From the NCBI GenBank assembly GCA_905178155.1, contig CAJINV010000001.1:1539904-1603903 (forward strand): DNA of 64,000 nucleotides, given 5' to 3'. The translations under genes were made by a program, and so were the position numbers. The stretch is from Amoebophrya sp. A120. Its lineage: Eukaryota > Protista > Dinoflagellata. Of this stretch, positions 46,770 through 56,613 are shown in pieces (within the stretch, counting starts at the first letter, position 1; each line of letters starts with the position of its first letter). The notes beneath the pieces were generated by a model. It saw only the letters and a program-made list of their open reading frames with translations. It did no database searches and was not told the origin of the DNA.

Positions 46770-48500
46770 TTGAGTAAGGTCTACATAGAGTCGACGAAAT
46801 GCTTGGCCGGCTGCCATCCGCGCGCCACGGTCGGACCGACGGAAGCCGGCCGGCCGCTATCTACGTACGGCGCCCGAGATCAATCTAGGCGCCCGATTCT
46901 AAAAATGACGCGCCCACAGGATTTTCGGTCTTCTTGGTTGCGCTCCAGCGGATGGTTGGAACGACCGAACACGGCCGGGGGGCAGTTGCCTAGGAGGCCA
47001 CCCGGCGCGGGCCGCCCGGCGCGCTCGGTTCACCAACGTACTGCGGCCGCGCTATATCGGCGGCCTTGCGTTGCCTGCGTGCGTACGGCGGGCCCGGCCG
47101 CGCACCCGGACGGGCACCCGCGGCCGAGTCTCGGGGCCTCATGCATTGCCATAGCCCATCGCCCGCCCCAGGCAAATGAGTTTGCTTATTCACGAGCTTA
47201 GGCCTACGCCTGCCCCGCTCCACGATGTTGCCGGGTTCGGGCTCCCTCCGGCCGACTTTGTTTTCCGGGCTCGCTACGGCGCTGGGGCGCTCCCTTCTCG
47301 CCCCGATGCCCCGGCGCGCTGTCTTGCTGACCACATAAACTGGGCCGGTGCTTCTTTTCCCATGCCCCCCAAACTACAGAAAAAAAACATCGGCGCGAGA
47401 GCTCTGCTATGCGTGCCGCCTTCGACCTACCTCCACCCCCGCCCGGCCGCGTCCGCACGCAGTTCCGGCCCTTCGGCCCCGGCCCGCGCCCGGCGGGCCG
47501 GCCGCCTTTACGGCCCCGGCCGCCTTCGCCTCCATACATTCTGCCGCTGCGTGCCGGCCCATGCGCGGCCCAACCTGTCCGCCGAGCCACCGCGCCAAAA
47601 TTTGGCCGCGGAGGAGGCCCATCCACATGCGTAGCCCGCACGGCTGTGCATTTGCTACGTAGGTAGGTGCCGCAAGGGCAATTGCGCTCACGCCCACAGC
47701 GGCTCTCCGTGGACGAGTATGGGGCCGCGCCAGCGATTAACGACAGAGGCCCCACACTGAACACTGAGAGGCCTCATTCTCGAGCGAAGCGCTGCAGGGA
47801 GGTGACGCCACATTCCCCTGGCTTCTGCGGGCAGCCTCTCAGCACGGCATCCGCCACCTCTCCCCCTTCATGCTGCGTGATGTAGGCCACGCGGATGGCT
47901 TTTCATTTCTGGGCCGACCCCTCCACTTTGCGCCCTGACTTTCAGCGCAGCGTCCCGCAGGCTCAGAAAGAAGGGCGGACGCGCTGGGGCGGCGCCTGCG
48001 GTTCGGGGCCACCCCGCGCCGGGGCGGCTTTGCCGCAAGCGCGCACGCCCGAGCTGGACGGACCAGGAAAATAACCGGCCGCGCGCACCGGCGCGCCAAT
48101 GTCTGCACTCTGGGGCCCCTTTACCAACTCGCTGCGTGCCATATAAGTCGCGGCGGCCCCAAATACATGCTCCAGTCGCGGCCGCCTTTCGCAATCGTTC
48201 TGGGTCGGGCCAGACGATTAAGGCGCGCAACGTGTTCGCGACCGTGTACAGCAACCGGGGTGGCGCGCCCGCTCACCGTGGGGCCTTTCGGCTCTTGCGC
48301 GGCCACACTTGTCCGCCGGCCATTCCCAGACGCCGCCGAGTGGCAGCGGGGCACATCCACACGCCGGCCGCCTTCTCGTTGGGCGCCCCCCCGATTTGAA
48401 CCCGCAACGTTTTGGCGAAGCCGCGGGCACGGCGCTCAGACCACTGGCCGACCTGGCCCCCGGTCAACGCTAGCGCAACCCTCTGGGCAGCAACCTCCTT
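46770..48500. other. GC-rich intergenic island, probably a repeat or regulatory region
   Basis: Much higher GC than flanks, similar in style to 1340-2170; ORFs are R/P/A/G-rich artefacts. Confidence 0.5.
48381..48460 (-). pseudogene. Degenerate tRNA-like sequence (Pol III A and B boxes); tRNA pseudogene or SINE head
   Basis: Minus strand GGGGCCAGGTCGGCCAGTGGTCTGAGCGCC...GCGGGTTCAAATCGGGGGGCGCCC; A-box-like and B-box motifs at tRNA-like spacing; stems poorly paired. Confidence 0.45.
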
Positions 48501-49452
48501 GCTTGGCTGCCTTTTCACTATATAGAAGCACTCACGGAACACTACTTCTACATCTACTTCGACGAGAAGTTGGACACGTAGTACACGGGAACACACTTCA
48601 CACACACTTCTGCAACTCGATCCTTGTGTTTGTCATTGAAAAGAGCTATAGCGTAGAAGTGATTTGATTTTTTTGGTGCAATCTCATTCTTTCCAACAAA
48701 ACGGATCACGACTAATGCGATCTCCATGTCGCCCTCGGGAAGCGAAAGAGAGTTCTTTAAAAACATTCCCAAAATTCCATCTCTCTGTTCAAAACGTCGC
48801 CAGTCCCTTTGCGTTAGTCGTAGGAGCCAAGAGCTTCAAAACCTTTTCTACTCCCACTGGAGAGCTTCCCTATCGTATCCTATCATGTGCTGTGGGAACA
48901 AAGAAACATATGGCATCGGCTAGCTTCTTTCATGACTTCTATCGTATCGTACAAAATGTAGCAACATATTATCCTACAGTCTACATCTTTGTCAACGGTA
49001 ATGAATTTTAGATTTTTTTTGGTAAATTACGACATCTGAATGAATGTCGCAAAAAGTAGGTTCTCGTGCGGCTTTTTTCTTTGCTGGCTGCGTGGAAGGT
49101 TTCAACGCTTCTCTGCAGACAAACGTGATCAAGTAAAGGAAGTAGTTTGGCTTGACAAAAGAAGTATAGCCGCATGCATTGAATCATCTTCAGATACTTT
49201 TCAAAACCATTTTTTCAAAACTGCTTTCCCTCAGGTACACCACTTCCTTGACACCCAGTGTGAATTATTTCCAAATTTGCGATATGAAAAAAAAAGTTGA
49301 TTTTTATGAAAAATCTTTCCCTAGGACATGGAACCACCTCGGTCGTGCCAACGTCCCTGATAAATGAGGGGACCGAATTCAGATTGATAGATAAAAAAGG
49401 TTCACTTTCTTATTGTAGAAAACATTTAGCAGCTGTAGATCTAGAACCAGCA

Positions 49453-52400
49453 CTAGATGTCCATTTTCGTTTGCTCCTCCTCTAACAAAATTGCCTCCTG
49501 TTTGGCAGCGAACTTGAGAAAGATCTGTTCAATGGTTGGCTCGCCAATGCTAAAATCTTCCACGGCAAAACTCTTGTTTCGGCACAACTGCATCGAGCAG
49601 CCTGCCCCACTTCCGGCTGCCGACGAACTGTTTTCCTGACACCACTGAAACAGCTTTTCCATTCGCAAGCTCTGCCTTTCTACGCCCAGCATTACACGGA
49701 ACCTCGAGTCGGAAAACGCGTGTTTTTCTAGAACGAAAAGCTTTGCACTTGCAGCTGCAGCCCCTGCCGCTGCTGTTTCTTCCATTTTGCTTGTACTACT
49801 GAGGGGTAGCTCTATAACTCCGGTGGCTTCATCGGCATTGTTATGCTCTTCGCTTGCCGAAGGTGAAACGATTGAAGCGGCGTCGTCACAGATCGTCTTC
49901 TCCACCTCAGAGTTGTGCCGGCCATGCAAGAGCAGCTGTTGCACATCGGCTAAAATCTCGACAATCGCAGCGTCCATACCAACAGGAGCAGCTCCATCCA
50001 ATTCCAAATTCTTCTTGTTGTTGTTCAATGCGCGGCAATACAAATCGACGTGGCACAGACTGCCGTACACCTGCTTAATCCGGCTGGTTGTACCCAAACA
50101 CTGGAGCTTCCCCGAAACCAAAATGCAGACCCGGTCGCACACCGCCTCCACTTCGCTCATGCTGTGGGTCGTGGTAATCACGGTCTGGTTGCTCGCCCGG
50201 TTTTGCAAAACCTTCCAAAGTAAGCGCTGCGAGACGATATCTACCCCGGCGGAAAGCTCATCGAGGAGCAAAATCTTCGGTTCAGTGATGAGCGCTACCG
50301 CGAAGGAGAGCCGCCGCATCATACCCCCAGAATATTCTCCGACGACCTTTGGCGAATACGGGTCGAGACCAACACTGTTCAGAATGGCATCGATTAGCAG
50401 CGTCGTTGTGTCTGTGGGAGAAGGGACGCGGCCCTTCTTGTTCGCGATAACCTGTTTTTCCATCAACTGCAAAGCATTCATGGACCAGGAGTGCTTTGCA
50501 ATCTCCACGCCACTAATTTTCACGTACAGCTCCAAATGCTGCCGCGCCGTTGCATACGGAAACAGGTGGTAGTCAAACTGCGGCACGATTCCCATCTTCT
50601 GGTAAGCCTTTCCGAACCCGGACCGCGTGACATCCTCACCGAACACTATAATCTGTCCGTCCGTCGGCGGGCCGCTGTCGTCATAGTTCCCGGAAAGCAT
50701 CGTGAAGAGCGTCGACTTCCCAGCGCCGTTGGGCCCAAGAAGACCGAAGCACTGCCCGGATTGGACCCCAAGGGAGACCCCGCCCAGAGCGTACTTTGGA
50801 CAAGAAGGGTTCGCCGGATTGTCGAACTTCTTTTCCAGGTCGAGGACTGCAATGTCATCAGGATGAATGATCGACGTGGTACTTGCTTTATTGCGATAGA
50901 TTTTCAACATACCAGTCGTGGCCGCGCCTACAACTTCTGGAGCAGAGCCATGGGTTCGTTCCTTGTTGAGGACATGGCGCAAGCGCCTCTCTTCCTCGAC
51001 AACGTCCGGGTCGCGGCCATCGTCTTCCGGAAAAGGGTCAGTGTAAGCGTGTGCAATCTTCTGTCCTTTGGAAGCGGAAAGTAGGGGGTCTCTGGCTTCG
51101 TCTTGTTCATCCGATGGGCCTACTGCTCTCAAGGCTCCTTGAGGACTATGATGGTGGGCTTGTTTATTTCCTTTCGCGTTCGCCCTCTTCGTGCAGCAAG
51201 AGAACAAACCCCTTCGCCTTCCCTGATGCCCGTCGCAGAAGATCGACAGCAGCCACATCGCCAAACGGAGGAAAAATCCGAAAAAAAGACTCAGCCACGT
51301 CCACACATTTACCGTCGTGACGAAGTCCTGTCCCGACGCCCAGCTCTCGTGACGCACGGAGTTTTGGAGCGATTCCGTTCGTATGACCACTCTTGGGTTG
51401 TCCTTTTTCACTATTCCAAAAGAGAGATCCGCCGGGGTTGCGGAGTTCAGAACCTTCATCAGATAACCGGGAAACGAGGCGCCGAAGTAGAATTGTGGCG
51501 TTTGGTACTTTGCCGTCAGGGCCTGCACTTTTTCGAAGTGAAATTTGTCTCGTTGCACCATCGCGGCAGTGCCGGCCATCACTCGGTCCTGCAGAGTCGC
51601 GTTTTGCAACAGCGTGTCCGCAATGGCATCGGTGTCGCCGACGACAAAGCTTCGGGCCGCCATCGCGTCTTTGAGTCCCTCCCAGTAAAAGTGCAGCCAG
51701 GCGAGGACGTATTGAGAGGAAAAATCCCCCCTCCCCATATCGAAAAGGTATCTCTCCGAAAATTAGCGTTGCTGATTTGAGGTCACAAATCACGTTTGTC
51801 TTGCAAGAAGACAAGGGCAGAAGCTTCCGCCCCATTAGGGAAGCGATTTGCCATGCTGTTTGGCCTAAAGGTCATCCGTTTGCAATGCTGAACAACTAGA
51901 CCTGACGAGCTCTCCCACCTAGGCTGCGGATCTGGCCGGAGTGCCTTACTGCAAGACAAATGTGATTTGTGTACTCAAATACAGCGAACACAAATCTCGT
52001 TTTCGATATGGGGAGGGGGGATTTTTCCTCTCAATAGGACGTTGCGTTTGTTCAGAAGGTCTTTGTAAACCACTGCCATCGCGTATCCACAGTAAATTTA
52101 CCGTACACGTTGTACAAATGCGGTCTGTCCATGGCAAAACTTGGCTTCGATCCTAGTTTAGCATGACAAGTTTCACGCTCGTCCAAATTGGGGAAATTTG
52201 TGATGCATCTTGTACATGTAGATGTACGGGAAATTTGTATTGCATATCGCTATGTTCGGGAAAAAAATCGGCAGCGCGATGCGCTGGATCGCCGTCAGGG
52301 CCTTGCTCGCGGACATGAGGGGCAACGGGTCGGAGACATCGTTCGGAAAGTACGTCTGCGTCATCAGCTTGCTGACTGAGGAGATCTCCTCATCTGCCGC

Positions 52401-55400
52401 CAGGACTACGCGCGGCGGGGTCTGCAGGAAGGGGCCGTAGAGGATAACTGGGAGGACTAATTGGAGAATTAAAAACAAATTGGACCGCCACGGCTGGCCC
52501 TCGGCGAGCAGGCTGCCCAGAACCAAGGCGTCGATGCTGTAGATCAACCCGAGGAGCCACAGCATTGCCTGCAGCGTCGGGGTTCCGTACTTCCAGGGCG
52601 TCGAGAGCGTCTGCGTAGCCGCCGCGAAGCCGAGGAGCATGACCAGCAGGGCGGGGAGCAGAAAAAACAGGACGGTGCCGAGTTTGTACGCCGACCGGGA
52701 AACGCCGTGGATGAGTAAGTGCGCCAGCCGGCCCTGTTCGCGCTCCTCGCGGAAACGCCCGGTTAATAACGCCTGGCCGCAGCCCACAAAGGCGAGCAGA
52801 CTGAAGTACACGCTCGTCAGCTCCGGGGCCGAGGCAAACACGGTGTTGCCGTTGTCGGGCGTGCGAGCGCAGAACAACCACAGAAACAAAATCACCGCAA
52901 CGGCTGGGATGAACACAGCAGTGAATTCACTTTGAAACCGGAAACGGCACACCGCAAGAACCTGTCGCCAGAAATGAAAGGTGCGGGTAGTGAGTGTATT
53001 CTTCATCGTGGCGGATGTTGTGCCGGCTTTTGCTGCAGAAATGTCGGTGTCGTTGTTGTTCTTCTTCTTTGCTTCAACTGTGCGCGAGCTGTTATTGGTA
53101 CTCGGGTCCGTGGAAATGTAAGTCGCTTGGGCATCGCCGCCTTTCGCTGCATCGACAATATCTGCTCCAGCGACCAGACTGGCTCTAAAGAGCGCTTCTT
53201 GTGCAACATCTTCGTCTTCTTCATCTTCCCCGAGCTTTTGAAAAACCTCTTCCAAGGTGGTCTTCTGCACGGTCACGCGCTCGTCGAGAGAAAACTGCTG
53301 CTGCACTTCTGGCTTGGATAAATCTTCCAAAATCACCGGCAGCGCGGCCGCATGCTCGTACGGGACCAGACACTGCAAAAACCGCCCGGGCGCGTCCGTC
53401 TTCGTGATCTGTTGCAAGCGAATCTTCGTGCGCGGATTGTGGAAGATTACCTCTCGGCTCGCACGCAACAAAAGATCAGAGCGAGAGAGTTTAGAATCGC
53501 TTTTGTCGCTTGGTGCACTCCCCTCGTTTTCACTCTGCAGCGTGATCCAGAACCCGGCCCCGTGTTCCACTTTCATTTGACCAGAGGTGCCGCTTGCGAC
53601 TACTTCGCCGTGGGCGAGGATGACTTTCTCTTCCGCCAACATGTCAGCCTCTTCCAAGTAGTGCGTACTGAACACACAAGCCCGGTTCTCCTCACGGCAA
53701 ACGCGATCTAACAGGATCCAGAAGTCTCGCCGTGCCTGTGGGTCCAGCCCGCTGGTAGGCTCGTCCAGTAGGAGGAGAGAGTCTTGTTGCAGCAGCGCAC
53801 AAAGTGTCCACATGCGGCGTTTTTGCCCGCCCGAGAGCGCGGCGCAGTTAGTGTCCAGCTTTTCCTTGATGCCTAGCGCCTCGGCGTAGTCGAGCATCTT
53901 TGCGGTCAGGAAATCACTTTGCTCCGCATTTTTAACTTGGTGACGTTCAGCAGGCTTAGACGAGGCACCGCAACGTTCTGAGCCTCCAGTCATGCCAGGA
54001 TGTGTTGGATTTTGCAGCGTGACCTTCTTCCCCGTCGAGTTTTGTAGGTCCAAAAAGAAGAGCAAATGTTCCCTCATCGTGTAGCCTTTCCACATCGGAT
54101 TCTGCTGTGGGCAGAAACCAAGGCGCTTCCGCACCTCAGAGGGATTGGCCTTCACCGAAAATCCGTTGACCACAGCGTCGCCGCTTGTGGAGGGGATCAA
54201 AGCTGTCAGTTGCCGCAGCAAAGTGGTCTTGCCCGCACCATTATGACCGAGCAGAGCGAAGATTTGCCCTGGGCGAACTTCAAAGGAAATGTCGGTGTTG
54301 ACAAATTTCGTCCCGTCGTAGCTTTTGCTCATGTTCACGACTCGCAGCGCGGCAGGACGGCTCGCTTGTTCCGGTGCCGACGAGATTTTCATCGCCTCAT
54401 CAGTAACCTGATTTTCGTTCTTCTTGTTCTTTTCGACATCTCCATCTGCTAAAGAACCTTTAATTTCGTCCGCACTATCAGATGAATTCCGCAGAGCAAA
54501 GTGCCAGAACAGCGTGGCCCACAGCAGGAAATTCAGAACAACGGCTGCGTAGTCCAACCCTAGCACCGTCCACCCGCCAAAACCCATTCGATCGTTCAGA
54601 CTTTTCGCCGTGGCGTTGCTCACAAGTTCTGCCGTCAAATCCGGCGTCGAGTCTTGTCCGTACACACGTTCCCCCGGCGGGAGCGGATTCCCGGTGTACA
54701 TGCACCAAAAATTGCTCCGTGCGTCCAGAAACGGCGGGAGGTCTGAATTGACGATCGGCTTCGGTCTCGCGAAGGCCGCACGCAAGACGTCCAGCCAGGT
54801 GTGCATCTGGATCCACATTTTCGCCCCCGTGTAGCCGGGGAGCAAGATGCCGAAGAAGAAATGGAGAATCGCCCCGAAGTACGCACCAACCGGACTCACG
54901 ATTGCCTCACACGTCCGCGTGTCCGCCGCCCCGCGGTTGAAGGTGAATTCGGCTATGTAGGCACTGAAGGAATTCGGTGAGGACAGCAGCAGATCCGTCA
55001 TTAGGAACGCAACACCCGAGAGAAAAGCGGTGTTCGTCAGGAGCGATTTCGCCCCTTCCGCTTTTCCCGCACTGTTCCCGTACGTCAACCCCAAGACCGC
55101 GGAAAACAATAACACCGACAGCACCGGGAACACCACCTGGGCGAACAGCGTGAAGATCATCGGTTCCGCGTAGGCTCTGTGGTTCGAATAGATATGGGGA
55201 AGGAAAGACACAGTTACAAACCCGATTATTGGAAACGGCAGGAAGAAAAGCCCGTGGGTGAAAAATTTCGACCCCCAGTAATTTTCCTTCTTCCCGCCGT
55301 AGATCTGCACGATGTCGAGCATACCATTAAACCGCTCCTGAAATACGTGGAAGTACAGATTCGCCGCGAGGTAATACAAGCCCGGAAGGTAGGAGGTGAA

Positions 55401-55730
55401 GGCGAAAATACAGACCGTCATGTAGGTCGCGAACGGCCCCGACGGATCGCTCGAAACGCTCCAAGATTCGTACCCACCTCCCGTACCGGCGTCGGCACGG
55501 TCGAAAACGGAGTAGAGAGTCGTGGCTTCACCTCCTTCTGTTGCCCCGTCCGTCGTGTCGGCCCCGAGGCCATTGACGTACAGCTCGGTCAGAACCAGGG
55601 GAAACAAGACACAGAGCAACCCGGCCAGGAACACGTTCGGAATCAGAATCGCGTACCCGTGCCCGCCACTGCCCCAATTGAACATGTGCCACAGGTTTTG
55701 CGTGGCGAACAGAGCGAACTGGCTCTTCAT
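49453..55730 (-). CDS. Full-length ABCA-subfamily transporter, ~1925 aa; exons 55730-52247, 52078-52037, 51704-49453
   Basis: NBD1 LLGHNGAGKTT, LSGGQKRR, LLDEPTSGLDP; NBD2 LLGPNGAGKST, YSGGMMRRLS, TTHSMSEVEAVCDR; two membrane domains. Removing two introners gives 5778 nt. Confidence 0.93.
51710..52036. mobile_element. Introner family D (body D2)
   Basis: Perfect TIR of over 30 bp, TATTGAGAGGAAAAATCCCCCCTCCCCATATCGAAAA; direct repeat GGACG/GGACG. Confidence 0.95.
52084..52246. mobile_element. Introner family F
   Basis: TATCCACAGTAAATTTACCGTACA...TGTACGGGAAATTTGTATTGCATA; direct repeat TCGCG/TCGCT; junction PNIA|MAVV. Confidence 0.87.
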
Positions 55731-56613
55731 TTTGAAATGAAACGGGAAAAACCGCCTTCTTGAAGGAAGATATAAACTATTCTAGTTTCGTGTTTATTGG
55801 CAGAATAGTAGGACGTTGAAAACTAAAGATTAGATACAAAACAGATTAAACAAACTAAAAAAAGATGTTGTTGTTGATATTATCGAGGTCGCAACGCTGA
55901 TCCAATAGAAAACGTTCAAGATTCGTGACAAGGCAAAAAAGTTTTAAATCTGAACAAGGATCTTCCGGATCATCTTTGCACTAGAGCGTCCTCAACCATG
56001 ACCACTAAGATGACTAAAGAGATCATCTTTATCGTTCAAAAAAAGTCACCACATACGGATACGTTTGAGGCTCAGGCTGAGGCTCTCACTGTTGATCACT
56101 ATAGTTTTAGAGCGTCGCTCCTTCTTCTCGTCTGTGCTGTGGTGGATCATTTTCTTGACTTTACCAGCGGCCTACTGCTGCGTCTTGTGATCTCGATCGT
56201 GCTTTACTTTAGCAGCAATTGTTTCCGGCGAACGCGCAAGAAACTTCACGACGACCTTGGCATTGCTAGCATAAACATTTTTTTTCATTAGAACCAGATG
56301 GAACGAAATCGAAAACGAAATTTACTTTTTTCTTGGAAAATCATGCTCCATGCGGACTGGGCGACTTGATCAACCTTCATCGGTCTACGACCATACCGGT
56401 ATCACATCGTTACTTTACATCAATCGTTTTATACTCTTTGTAAGTGACCGTCGTGACGGGATTTTTTTCGTTTTTTTGTAAACCACTCGCAGAATTTGCA
56501 TATAGCAACAATTGAAGATAGAGGACAGTGTCTATTCTTTTGATAGACACAGGCTCAGCGGAAAAGGAAAAGCCTCCAGGTCTTGTTGTCGATGTAGTCC
56601 AGGCGATTATTGA

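Noticed and set aside
7671-52156. Recurrent peptides such as RYGEGGFFL, PDPDTFAFD and CAKVSYS in many ORFs
   Set aside because: Translations of introner TIRs, not a protein family.
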